IMG/VR virus record: IMGVR_UViG_3300043436_003045
Span: 1-36,077 of that record
Length of the DNA: 36,077 bases
Reading direction: 5' to 3' (one strand)
DNA from: a virus
Lineage: Duplodnaviria; Caudoviricetes
This document shows positions 17,286 to 25,869 of the stretch, piece by piece. The notes beneath the pieces were generated by a model that did not search any database, was not told the DNA's origin, and saw nothing but the letters and a program-made list of their open reading frames with translations. A program made the position numbers and the translations under genes. Numbering within the stretch: the stretch's first letter is position 1; every line of letters begins with the position of its first letter.

Positions 17286-19640
17286 TCAGTCCTCTCGTTC
17301 TTGCTCGGGCTCATCCGGCACCAGCCGCGACTCCACAATGGCGCCGTCAGGGCCCGCCAGGTGCTGCACCTTCATGCGCGGCTTGGGCTGCGCCGAGGCC
17401 TGCGCCATCGCAGCCAACATCTGCGCCAGTTGCTCCTGGCCGGCCTGAAGCTGGGCCACGGTCTGGTTCACCGCCTCCAGGCCCTGCGCCTCGACGGCTC
17501 GGGCGTCTGCGCCGGCCATCGCGTCCAGCTCGGCGCGGCGCATGTCGACGGCGGCGGTCGCTTCCGCCCTGATGCGCGCCACCTCGGCCTGGGCCTGCGC
17601 CTCGATGGGCGCTGTCACAGCCGCAATACGCACCTTGGCGTCTGCTTCCAGTTGCGCCTTCTGCTGCGCCAGCGCATCGGCTGCACTCTTGTCGGCCAGG
17701 GCGCCCTCCAGCCCCTGCACCTTGGCCTGCAGCTGCTGCACAAGCTCCTGGGCCTGCTGCACCATCTCCGGCGTCACCTGGGGTTGCTCGGGCTGGCCGT
17801 CTTGCCCCGGCTTGCCTGCAGCCGGCTCCGGCAGGTACCGCTCGATCTCGAAACGCTCGTCGAAGCGGCGCAGCGTCTCCTTGAGCAGAGCAATGGCCAT
17901 CTGCGCGAGCTGTTCCTGGCCGGCCTGGCGCGTGGCGACGATCTCCTTCACCGTGTCCTTGATGACCGGCAGCAGCTTCGTCCAGCGGTCCTGCTCCTGC
18001 AGGCGGTCAGGCTTGCCGGTGGAGCCGCCACGCACGCGCACGGTGACCTGCTCGAACACCTCTTCCGCCGTGAGCTGCGGCCACACCGCGGCTTCGCCTG
18101 CGATGCGCGCCACCTCGTCGGGGGTCAGCTTGCGCAGGCACACCTCCAGCGCATACGCGCCCACCTCGCTGAGCAGGTCTTCGATGACGTCTGTGCGCTC
18201 GGCGCTGCGACCGCGCAGGCCCTGGCTGAGGATTTCCGCCTCGGTGGCGGTCTTCGCCTTGAGCACGCTGCCCCGCGCAGCGTCGCCGCCGCCCAGCAGC
18301 ATTTCCAGGTCCGAGCGGGCCTGCGTGGTGTCGTAGGTGTTCGGGTCGATCTGCCCGAGCTGCACGCTCTGGATGTCGGCCGAGATGGCCTGCCCGCCAA
18401 CGCCCTCCACCGCAATGATGTCGTTGCCTTTCCGGTTGCGGATGCTCTCCACGTCCTGGGGCGTCAAGCTGCCGCCCTTGCGCACCACCGTGAACGGCCG
18501 CGAGTCGTCGCGGTCCTTGGCGAGCGCCTGGCGCGTCTCGTTGTACTCCTTGACCAGCTCGTGCGTGAGGTCGATGTCGGAAGGCGGCATGAAGCAGCCG
18601 TCGACCTCGTTCCACACGAGCAGGAAGAACGGATACCAGCGCTGGCCGCACCAGTCGGGCGAGTAGGACTCGCGGCACAGGCCCTCGTCGCCGATGCAGA
18701 CGGTATGCACGCGGTTGGAGTGCTGGTCCCACACCTCCCACACGCGCAAAAGCTGGCTGTCGCGGTCCTTGTCCTGGCCGTTGGCCTGGGTCTGGCCGCT
18801 GGTGTTGGCGTCGCTCTTGTCGCGGTAAACGCGCGCCTTCTCGGGGTCGTAGCCGAACTCCCGCTCGAATGCGCCGCGCGTCATCCAGACGCCGTGGGCC
18901 AGCTTGCCGGCGCGCTCGTAGTCCTGAATCTCGAAGATGCCCCGGTCGAGCACCAGCATGTCCTCGGGCATCACGAAGTCCAGCGCGAGGCCGCGGCCGA
19001 TGCGCTTCTCAGCCTGAACCTGCAGGCCGGCCAGCGTCTCGCGCAGCTCGGCTTCCTTCAGGTCGGCATCGTTGCCGGCGTGGGGCGACTCCAGCGCGGC
19101 CTTCTGCTGCTCGATGAGCGCCAGGTTGTCCTGGGTGTCCTTGATGCGATTGGTGATCAGCGGGTCGGCAGGCCGGCCCTGCTGCCACGACAGCTTCCAC
19201 CAGCCGATGGCGTTGGTGTAGCAGCTGGTCAGGAGCCGCTTGGCGCGGCGCTTCAGCTTGGCGTCACCGATCAGCAGCTTCTCGAGCACCGCTTCGGCCG
19301 TCTCGCCGAAGGCCCGCACCGCGGGCATGCGCTGATCCGTGACGCCGCGCGTGGGCTGCACGGTGAACTCTGGGTCTTTGGCGTAGACCTGCGGCCGCAT
19401 CGCCGCCAGGTTGCCGAAGTGCAGGTTGGTGCGCATCTTCTGCCCCGTCTCCGGGTCGATGCCGCGCAGCAACTGGCGGTTGTGGGCAAAGCGCTTGAAG
19501 TCGCCGTCCCGATCCTTGAGCCCGGCCTCGATCTCCTTCTGCAGACTGCGCGACAGCGCCTTGTCCTGCTCGCTGATTTCGCGTGCAGGCTTGGCGCTGC
19601 CGGGCGCCGCTTCAGGAGTGGAGGCCGGGGCTTGGATCAT
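17286..19640 (-). CDS. Portal protein (784 aa)
   Basis: Size and position downstream of TerL. Podovirus portal motifs VWEVWD, WYPFF and TATEAEI, with a long C-terminal coiled-coil barrel. Confidence 0.85.
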   Translation of the reverse strand: MIQAPASTPEAAPGSAKPAREISEQDKALSRSLQKEIEAGLKDRDGDFKRFAHNRQLLRGIDPETGQKMRTNLHFGNLAAMRPQVYAKDPEFTVQPTRGVTDQRMPAVRAFGETAEAVLEKLLIGDAKLKRRAKRLLTSCYTNAIGWWKLSWQQGRPADPLITNRIKDTQDNLALIEQQKAALESPHAGNDADLKEAELRETLAGLQVQAEKRIGRGLALDFVMPEDMLVLDRGIFEIQDYERAGKLAHGVWMTRGAFEREFGYDPEKARVYRDKSDANTSGQTQANGQDKDRDSQLLRVWEVWDQHSNRVHTVCIGDEGLCRESYSPDWCGQRWYPFFLLVWNEVDGCFMPPSDIDLTHELVKEYNETRQALAKDRDDSRPFTVVRKGGSLTPQDVESIRNRKGNDIIAVEGVGGQAISADIQSVQLGQIDPNTYDTTQARSDLEMLLGGGDAARGSVLKAKTATEAEILSQGLRGRSAERTDVIEDLLSEVGAYALEVCLRKLTPDEVARIAGEAAVWPQLTAEEVFEQVTVRVRGGSTGKPDRLQEQDRWTKLLPVIKDTVKEIVATRQAGQEQLAQMAIALLKETLRRFDERFEIERYLPEPAAGKPGQDGQPEQPQVTPEMVQQAQELVQQLQAKVQGLEGALADKSAADALAQQKAQLEADAKVRIAAVTAPIEAQAQAEVARIRAEATAAVDMRRAELDAMAGADARAVEAQGLEAVNQTVAQLQAGQEQLAQMLAAMAQASAQPKPRMKVQHLAGPDGAIVESRLVPDEPEQERED

Positions 19641-19647
19641 GAGCCGA

Positions 19648-20238
19648 TCAGGCCTCGATGACGGCCGACAGCGTGCCGCTGGTGGCCGTGGTCGGCACCA
19701 CGCGCATGATCAGCGGCAACGACAGCTCAGCCGTGAAGCTGGGGTTCGTCGCAGCCGTGGTGATCGTGCTTTTGGCCGGGGTGCTCACGCCACCGGCAGA
19801 GTTCGTGACGCCAGTGCCCAGCGCGATGGGCGCCGTCATGCCTTCGGTGTTGGCGCCGGCCGCGAAGTCGGCGTAGCTGCCGTACACCTCCAGGTCCACC
19901 ACGCCGACATGGTTGCCGGTCAGGCGGAACGCGGCCGAGTGGCCCTTCATCAGCGGGGTGGCATCGTTGACCACACCCACGCGGACGGTGCCGCCGTGCG
20001 TGCCGTTGCCCACCGAGCCCAGCAGGCGAGCCGTGTTGGCGCCCGTGAACTGCAGCGTCCAGATGCCGTTGGCGTTGGTGTTGCCGGTGACGCCAGAGAT
20101 GGCAAGGCGCTTGCCGTCCGTCAGGCCGTGGCCCGCGGTGAACGTCGCCACGATGGGCGTGGCGTTGGTGCTGCCCGTGATGTTGATGGCCTGCGTAGTG
20201 TTCGCAGAGGTGCCGAGGGAAGTGATCTTCAGAGCCAT
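19648..20238 (-). CDS. Putative head decoration/virion protein with FCCH-like beta domain (196 aa)
   Basis: ATG 20238 with AAGGA RBS. ITGSTNATPIVAT...HGLTDG..LAISGVTGNTNANG.W motif. Confidence 0.55.
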   Translation of the reverse strand: MALKITSLGTSANTTQAINITGSTNATPIVATFTAGHGLTDGKRLAISGVTGNTNANGIWTLQFTGANTARLLGSVGNGTHGGTVRVGVVNDATPLMKGHSAAFRLTGNHVGVVDLEVYGSYADFAAGANTEGMTAPIALGTGVTNSAGGVSTPAKSTITTAATNPSFTAELSLPLIMRVVPTTATSGTLSAVIEA

Positions 20239-20316
20239 GATGCGTTCCTTGTGACGCGGCAGAGAACGGCCCTGCAAGCCGGGTGCGAAGCAACGGGCCG
20301 CACCGCCCGAGGGAAC

Positions 20317-20811
20317 TCAGGCGGGCGGCGTCTCCACGCCCCCGGCGGTCAGCAAGATGTCATCACCCCGCAGCTTGCGGATGGCGGCCGAGTCGGCCTC
20401 GAAGGCGTCGGACTTGTCGGCCGGCGCAGCGGCGGCCTTGTCCATGCGCACCAGCGGCGAGACTTGGGACAGCCGGGCCAGCGCGGCGTGCGCGTCAATG
20501 TAGGCCTGCTCTTCGCCGTCCAGCGCCGAGATGGTGTCTTGCAGGCCCAGCGCGGCCAGCTGCTTGGCAGCGTCCAGGCTGTCGGCGTGGACGATCATCA
20601 CCTCGCCGCCCACGGTCACGCCGCCTTGCAGCCCGCCCAGCGGTCGGCCATCCAGCCACCCGCCCACGGTGAACGCGAAGCAACGCGAGCCGCCGTCATC
20701 GAGCCATTCATGCTCGAAGACCACACACGGCTCGCTCACGCGGCGCAGGTCTTCGGCCTTGATGCTCTGGCGACCGAGGTAGTTCGGGTGGACGTTGGCG
20801 GCTTCGATCAT
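20317..20811 (-). CDS. Hypothetical protein (164 aa, MIEAANVHPNYLG...)
   Basis: This is the coding part of track ORF 20317..21417; the rest overlaps TerL. The ATG lies 7 nt after the -10 of late promoter copy 3. Confidence 0.65.
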   Translation of the reverse strand: MIEAANVHPNYLGRQSIKAEDLRRVSEPCVVFEHEWLDDGGSRCFAFTVGGWLDGRPLGGLQGGVTVGGEVMIVHADSLDAAKQLAALGLQDTISALDGEEQAYIDAHAALARLSQVSPLVRMDKAAAAPADKSDAFEADSAAIRKLRGDDILLTAGGVETPPA

Positions 20812-20818
20812 GGCGACC

Positions 20819-20850
20819 ATTACGCCGCTCGCCGCCTTTGGTTTTCCGCC
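20819..20850 (-). promoter_or_regulatory. Putative late promoter, copy 3 (GGCGGAAAAC-N16-CGTAAT)
   Basis: Shared motif and spacing. Abuts the TerL stop codon. Confidence 0.7.
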
Positions 20851-22280
20851 TATTTCTGCGACATCACCCAATCCAGCGTGAAAGGCTTGGGGCCGCTGAG
20901 CTGGCGCGGCTTGGGCACGCGCGAGATGGGCCGTGCCATGCAGGCGTAGCGCGTGTCGTCGCCCGCGTGGTCTTCGCCGTCCGTGTCCACGTCCTCGATG
21001 CGGTTCTTGTCGTGCTGCAGGGCCGGCACGGTGCGGCGCCAGTCCAGGCAGTTGCCAGTGACGTAGAGCCAGGGCCGGCCGTCCTCGCCATTGATGCGGG
21101 CGCGAACCTGCTGCCAGCCTGGCACGCGGCTGTTGTCCGCCGGCCGGAAGCGCGGCCCGCCCAGGTTCGGCAGCGCCTTGATCATCCGCTCCGCGATGCT
21201 CGGGCCGCCGTCCTCCTTCCACATGCTTGGGTCGGCCACCGACAGCTGCTCGTCGACGGCTTCGCCGGCCTCCCGCGTCTTGATGCCGCGGCCCACCTCT
21301 TCGGCGTCCAGCTTCAGGCCGGTGTTGGGCTCGTCTGGCTTGCAGCCGTACCACTCGCGGTAACGCACGATCGAGCCGCGGGGCAACAGCACCTCGCCCT
21401 CCGGCGTCGGCGCCCAATGGTCATCGTCGGCAATGGCCCACCAGCCCACCGAGAACGGCCGCGCGCTGCCCCAGTCCATGCTGCGGTAGCGCGTCCAGGC
21501 CTTCGGCGGCGCCCAGCCGGCGGGCAAGTACATCGCGGGCGTGATGTTGTCGAAGAAAGCGCCGGCCACGATGTCCCAGTTGCCATCCAGCCAGGCCTTG
21601 CGCAGCGCCTCGCTTCCGCCCGTGGCCGCCAGGATGCGGTTCCTGTAGCCCGGGTCGTTGCGCATCAGGATCTGGTTGTCCGCCATGCGCGAGGGCACGA
21701 ACATGCGCGTGAAGCCCGTCTGCGGGTCGGTGTAGGGCGTCAGCGGCGGCGCCGCGGTGATGTAGCGCTGCTTCACCCACACATGCCCGATGCCGCCCGG
21801 GTTGCCGGTCAGCCGCACCCGGCAGGGCACCCCGTGCGCACTGCGCAGGGTCGACAGCATCTTCAGCAGGCCGGCCGGGGTGGCGTACTCCGTCACCTCA
21901 TCGAAGCTGATGCCGGTGTACTGGTGCCCGTGGTAGCGCCCGTAGTCCTTGTCGGCCTCGATGTAGCGCATCTTCACGCTGGCGCCGTTCGGCCAGTACC
22001 AGCACGAGGAGAACGGGAACTCGGCGCTCGTCTGGGTCTTGAACACGGCGCCCTCGCCCGGGAAGACCTCCATCGCGCGAGCCTGCAGCTCCTCCAGCTC
22101 GGGGAAGGTCTTGCGGAACATGATCCCGCGCCAGTGCTTGCCGTAGGTGAGCGCGCCGTCCTCCTGGAAGCCGATCTGCAGGTCGGACTTGCCGCCCCCG
22201 CGCTCGCCGCCGTAGAACAGGTCTTCGCACCAGTCCGCGCTCCAGGCGATCTCCTGGGCGCCCTTCTGCGGGGTCCACAT
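20850..22280 (-). CDS. terL: Terminase large subunit (476 aa)
   Basis: Walker A GGERGGGKS, Walker B ISFDE, motif III TGNPGG, nuclease MDWGS and C-terminal EDHAGDDTRY. Confidence 0.95.
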   Translation of the reverse strand: MWTPQKGAQEIAWSADWCEDLFYGGERGGGKSDLQIGFQEDGALTYGKHWRGIMFRKTFPELEELQARAMEVFPGEGAVFKTQTSAEFPFSSCWYWPNGASVKMRYIEADKDYGRYHGHQYTGISFDEVTEYATPAGLLKMLSTLRSAHGVPCRVRLTGNPGGIGHVWVKQRYITAAPPLTPYTDPQTGFTRMFVPSRMADNQILMRNDPGYRNRILAATGGSEALRKAWLDGNWDIVAGAFFDNITPAMYLPAGWAPPKAWTRYRSMDWGSARPFSVGWWAIADDDHWAPTPEGEVLLPRGSIVRYREWYGCKPDEPNTGLKLDAEEVGRGIKTREAGEAVDEQLSVADPSMWKEDGGPSIAERMIKALPNLGGPRFRPADNSRVPGWQQVRARINGEDGRPWLYVTGNCLDWRRTVPALQHDKNRIEDVDTDGEDHAGDDTRYACMARPISRVPKPRQLSGPKPFTLDWVMSQK

Positions 22281-22840
22281 CAGGCCAGCCCGTGCGCTTT
22301 CTTCCAGTCGGCCAGGCTCAGCCGCTCCCGGACGGGCGGCGGCTTGTCCTCGGGCCGCTCGCTGTTGAGCTTCTGCACCGTGTCCTTGTTAGCCGCGAGC
22401 AGGTTGGACGCCGGCACCAACGCCTCATTGCCCAGCTTTGTCAGCACTGCGATGCCCTTCATCGCCTCCATTGACTCAGGCGACAGCGGGTTGATGTCGT
22501 CCACTTTCTGCGCTTCGGAGTTGGCGAGGGCGTGGAACCGGTGCGCAGTCTTGGCACCCAGCTCGGCCGCGCTGGCGTAGCTCATGCTGATGCTGCGCAG
22601 CTTCTCGGCCAGTGACAGCGCCGCGTGCTGCTGCGGCATAGGCAAAGCGGCCAGCGCAGTCTGAGCGGCGGCCACCGTTTCGGCGACCTGCCGAATCTGC
22701 GCCGAATGCGCCGAAAGGCGCCGAATCGTGGCATCACCCACCTTGAACTCTCTGGCAAGCGCGCGGACACCTTCGCCCCCGGCCAAGCGGCGGCGAACCT
22801 CTTCCTGCTGCTCCGGGGTCAACGCTGGGGGCCTGCTCAC
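22280..22840 (-). CDS. terS: Terminase small subunit (186 aa)
   Basis: N-terminal HTH (GEGVRALAREFKVGDATIRR), helical body, translationally coupled to terL. Confidence 0.7.
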   Translation of the reverse strand: MSRPPALTPEQQEEVRRRLAGGEGVRALAREFKVGDATIRRLSAHSAQIRQVAETVAAAQTALAALPMPQQHAALSLAEKLRSISMSYASAAELGAKTAHRFHALANSEAQKVDDINPLSPESMEAMKGIAVLTKLGNEALVPASNLLAANKDTVQKLNSERPEDKPPPVRERLSLADWKKAHGLA

Positions 22841-23142
22841 TTCACCTCCACAAACGAAAGCCGGCGCTGCTCGCCCGGCTGGGTGACGTTCTCGACCTCC
22901 ACGCGGATCTCGTAGGGCTTCTGCAGTCTCATGTAGTCCTCGGGGCTGACCTTCGCCAGCATGGCCAGCACGATGCGGGCGTCGGATTCTTTGGGCTCGC
23001 CGCCGGCCTGCCAGTGCTTCACGGCGCCCAGGTTGCGGCCGGTGGCGCGAGCAATGTCGGCCATGCTGATCTTGTGGTTCATCAGGGTGCGGATGACCAT
23101 GAACCAGTCGCGCTTGCGCTTGTTGACGGGTACGGTGGTCAT
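22837..23142 (-). CDS. HTH DNA-binding protein (101 aa), candidate late regulator
   Basis: ATG 23142 with GGAG RBS. DWF...ISMADIARATGRNLGAVKHWQAGGEP is an HTH. Confidence 0.65.
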   Translation of the reverse strand: MTTVPVNKRKRDWFMVIRTLMNHKISMADIARATGRNLGAVKHWQAGGEPKESDARIVLAMLAKVSPEDYMRLQKPYEIRVEVENVTQPGEQRRLSFVEVK

Positions 23143-23360
23143 GGCTTCTCCAGGTCTTGGCTGCGGCGGGCTGGGCGTCGTTTCAAGTGCTTGGGGCCGA
23201 TGTGCTCTCCGATGTGCCAGAAGCGGCAGTGCCGGCAGCGGTAGGGCTGCATGCGCGCGCCGGTGTTGCGGCTGCACAGGGTGGCGAAGTCGCGGGCGGA
23301 TGGAAAGTCGCCGAGCTGGCGTTTCCCGTCGCACACGGCTTGGCGCCCTTCGAGATTCAT
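23139..23360 (-). CDS. Small Zn-binding phage protein (73 aa)
   Basis: C.GK...YRCRHCRFWH motif. ATGA overlaps on both sides. Confidence 0.7.
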   Translation of the reverse strand: MNLEGRQAVCDGKRQLGDFPSARDFATLCSRNTGARMQPYRCRHCRFWHIGEHIGPKHLKRRPARRSQDLEKP

Positions 23361-23485
23361 CTGCAGAGCTCCGGGCGCGCTTTGCAGTCGGGCGGGTTGG
23401 CCTGGGCTGGCTCGTCGGGGTCGCCGCCACCGCAGCCCGCCAGGAACAGCAGCGCCGCGGCCAGCATGAAAAGGGTTTGCTTCAT
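23357..23485 (-). CDS. Small lipoprotein, 42 aa (MKQTLFMLAAALLFLAGCGGGDP...)
   Basis: Signal peptide with lipobox LAGC, GAGGTG RBS, and ATGA overlaps with both neighbours. Not in the ORF track. Confidence 0.75.
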   Translation of the reverse strand: MKQTLFMLAAALLFLAGCGGGDPDEPAQANPPDCKARPELCR

Positions 23486-23634
23486 GGTCTCACCTCACAG
23501 ATCCGCCACGTCACAGTGCCCAGGGTGAAGCGCTCGCCCACGGCGACGGTGAACGGTGCGAGCTGTGGCCCCGCGTAGGTCAAGAGCATGGGCGTCCAGT
23601 TGCCGGGGCCGATCGGCTTACAAACCACAGTCAC
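23482..23634 (-). CDS. Hypothetical protein, 50 aa (MTVVCKPIGPGNW...)
   Basis: GTGA and ATGA overlaps fill the gap exactly. Not in the ORF track. Confidence 0.6.
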   Translation of the reverse strand: MTVVCKPIGPGNWTPMLLTYAGPQLAPFTVAVGERFTLGTVTWRICEVRP

Positions 23635-23888
23635 CTCCCCCGCTCCGGGTCCAGGCCGACCATCACGGCGCTGTAGACCAAGCCCTCTGCGCGCAGCGTC
23701 TCGACGGCGCTGGCGGCTGCAGCGCGGGTGACGTCGAAGCGCGCCGCGATGTCGTCCATGCTGAGCAGCTCGCCCGGGTTCGCTTCAAACCACCCGCGCA
23801 GCTTCTGGCGCAGGCTGTCGGGCCGGGGCTTGTGATTCCCGCGGCCGGGCCCTTGGCCGTGCGCGCGGTGGATGTCGACGCCGTTCAT
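23631..23888 (-). CDS. Winged-HTH protein (85 aa)
   Basis: ATG 23888. WFEANPGELLSMDDIAARFDVTRAAAASAVETLRAEGLV. Confidence 0.65.
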   Translation of the reverse strand: MNGVDIHRAHGQGPGRGNHKPRPDSLRQKLRGWFEANPGELLSMDDIAARFDVTRAAAASAVETLRAEGLVYSAVMVGLDPERGR

Positions 23889-24349
23889 GCTGCGCCTGCC
23901 GTCATGGCGACCGCCAGCGCTGACCATGCGTGCGTGCTGACGCCGTACAGCGGGCCAGGCTTGCCCTTGACACCAACCTGCGGCACCTTGCCGCCCCCAG
24001 TGCTCGGGAATTTGTCCAGCAGCGCGGTGCGAATGTTCTTGTCCTTGGCCTGCTGGTTGCCGCACAGGTGCTGCTTGACCTGGCGCCGATAGACCAGCTT
24101 CACGGCCTCGGGGTCTTTCCAGGCCTGCTGGAAGCGGCCGATCCAGCGCACGGTCTCGAAGGTGGTCTGCCCCACGGTCATGCCCATGCCGGCGATCATC
24201 TCGATGGCGAGCAGATCAGCGCCCTGCCCGGCCTTCACCCACTGCAGCACGTCGTGGTTGTCGTGCACGCCGCTGTCGATGACGCCGGAGCCGTTGAACA
24301 AGACCCAGCCGCTCTGCGTTGTGCCGGGGTCGATGGCGAAGATGGTCAC
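23885..24349 (-). CDS. RuvC-like Holliday junction resolvase (154 aa)
   Basis: IFAIDPG, LAIE and VKQHLCGN...KD motifs. Confidence 0.8.
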   Translation of the reverse strand: MTIFAIDPGTTQSGWVLFNGSGVIDSGVHDNHDVLQWVKAGQGADLLAIEMIAGMGMTVGQTTFETVRWIGRFQQAWKDPEAVKLVYRRQVKQHLCGNQQAKDKNIRTALLDKFPSTGGGKVPQVGVKGKPGPLYGVSTHAWSALAVAMTAGAA

Positions 24350-24573
24350 GAGGTTGCTCCTGTCGAAAGCGGCCGGCCCAGCGGCTTCACGCGGGCCCAG
24401 CTGGTGGCCCAGCGGCGCGCGTCGGGCGTCAGCGTCCTGCCGCCGTTGCTGCGGTCCAGCGCGCTCTGCGCTGCGATGCGGAACAGCTCGCGCCGCTCCT
24501 CCATGCGGGCCCGGGCTTCGGGCGTGGCTTCGGCCGCCAGCGGGCCGAGGTCTTGATCGGTCAGCTCGGGCAT
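24346..24573 (-). CDS. Hypothetical protein (75 aa, MPELTDQDLG...)
   Basis: TGATG coupling to the helicase stop and GTGA overlap with the resolvase. Confidence 0.6.
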   Translation of the reverse strand: MPELTDQDLGPLAAEATPEARARMEERRELFRIAAQSALDRSNGGRTLTPDARRWATSWARVKPLGRPLSTGATS

Positions 24574-25502
24574 CACGCGCCCTCCATGTCGTAGGCGTCG
24601 ATGGGCGCGTTGTCGCTGTCGATGAAGCGCAGCGAGCGCGGGTCGAAGGACAGGCCGAACTTGCCCTCCACGCTGCCGTTGCGCTGCTTGTCCAGTACCA
24701 CCATGAAGTCGGGCTGGCGGTGCACGTCGGGGTTCGGCGCGGCCTTGGCCAGCTCGGTGCGCTTGGGCTTGTTGTCCCAGACCAGGATCACGTTGTGCGC
24801 CTGGTCGCTGATGGCGCCGCTGCCCTTGATGTCGTACTTCGTGGGCGGCTTGTCCTCGCTGCCGCCGGCGGGCTTGCGGCAGTGCGCGATCAGGTGGACG
24901 TGCAGGCCGGTTTCCTTGGCCACGTCGCAGAGGTTGCCGATCATGGCCTTCTGCTGGTCCATGATCTCCTCGCTCTCGACCACCTTCATGAAGCTGTCGA
25001 TGAAGACGTGCCCGCCCTTCAGCTCGTCGGCGAAGTAGCGCAGCACCGCGAGGCAGCGCTCGGGCGTGAGCCGGCCGATGTGGTCGAACAGCCAGAGCCG
25101 GCCATCGGTCCAGCGCATGAACTGGCCGCGGCGCTCGCGCGTCGGAATGTCGGTGGCGCAAGCCTGCCGGCACATGCGGCCCAGGGTTTTGCTGGGCGGC
25201 ATCTCCAGGCTCATGGAGAGCACGCGCTCGTGCTGGTCGCACAGGTCGAGCTGCACCTGGCCGGTGAACATGCTCTTGCGGTGGCCGTTGTAGCCGGCCC
25301 AGACCGTCACCTCACCGGGGCGGAACTCAATGGCGTGGGCCAGCTTCGTGCTGCGCATGGCCGGCGCGCGGCGGCGTGTGCTGGGCTCGAACTCGGCGTC
25401 CAGGTCTTCGGCGAACAGGCTGGCCTTGCGGACCAGGATCTGGCACTCGGTCTCGCGCTCGTAGGCCGCGAAGTCGATGCTGTCAGGCAGCAGCTTGGCC
25501 AT
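24573..25502 (-). CDS. SF4 (DnaB / T7 gp4-like) replicative helicase domain (309 aa)
   Basis: H1 FRPGEVTVWAGYNGHRKS, H1a SLEM, H2 VFIDS, H3 LIAH, H4 DIKGSGAISDQA, and KQRNG. Confidence 0.85.
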   Translation of the reverse strand: MAKLLPDSIDFAAYERETECQILVRKASLFAEDLDAEFEPSTRRRAPAMRSTKLAHAIEFRPGEVTVWAGYNGHRKSMFTGQVQLDLCDQHERVLSMSLEMPPSKTLGRMCRQACATDIPTRERRGQFMRWTDGRLWLFDHIGRLTPERCLAVLRYFADELKGGHVFIDSFMKVVESEEIMDQQKAMIGNLCDVAKETGLHVHLIAHCRKPAGGSEDKPPTKYDIKGSGAISDQAHNVILVWDNKPKRTELAKAAPNPDVHRQPDFMVVLDKQRNGSVEGKFGLSFDPRSLRFIDSDNAPIDAYDMEGA

Positions 25503-25869
25503 GCGGCTCTCCCCAGGCGAACACGCCCTCGGTGTCGGTCATCGCGGCCACGGTGGTGGCCTCGCCCTCGCCCTGCAGCAGCACGCCCAGCACCCGGGCC
25601 ACGCCGCTCTCCTTCGCCGCGGCCTGCAAGGCCTGCAGCCGGGCAGCGCTGCGCGTGTGCACCCACAGGGTCATCTCCGCAGCGAAGCGAAGGTCCAGCC
25701 GGCGCGCGGCTTCGGTCTCCAGCACCTCGACCTGGGCCTGGCTCGTGCTGAGCTGCCAGCCCTTGCCCGGGCTGGTGTGCTCGGTGTAGGCCGGCACGTC
25801 GTGCAGCCAGACGCAGGACGGCGCGGCGCCCACCATGCGCATGGCCCGGATGGCTTCATGGCCGCGCAT
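25483..25869 (-). CDS. Hypothetical protein (128 aa, MRGHEAIRAMR...)
   Basis: TGATG coupling to the initiator stop. Lies between the initiator and helicase genes. Confidence 0.6.
   Translation of the reverse strand: MRGHEAIRAMRMVGAAPSCVWLHDVPAYTEHTSPGKGWQLSTSQAQVEVLETEAARRLDLRFAAEMTLWVHTRSAARLQALQAAAKESGVARVLGVLLQGEGEATTVAAMTDTEGVFAWGEPHGQAAA

Noticed and set aside
20812-21417. N-terminal extension of track ORF 20317..21417
   Set aside because: It overlaps terL out of frame and the late promoter. ATG 20811 is the better start.
22388-22396. GTTAGCCGC, the exact complement of the GCGGCTAAC end of attC a, which would define a 12-kb cassette
   Set aside because: It lies inside terS coding sequence with no hairpin. 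A single 9-mer match in 36 kb is plausible by chance.
8165-22580. Very long + strand ORFs (8165..10804, 17100..19661, 20838..22580 and others)
   Set aside because: They are antisense shadows of strongly GC3-biased minus-strand genes, with no recognisable motifs or RBS.
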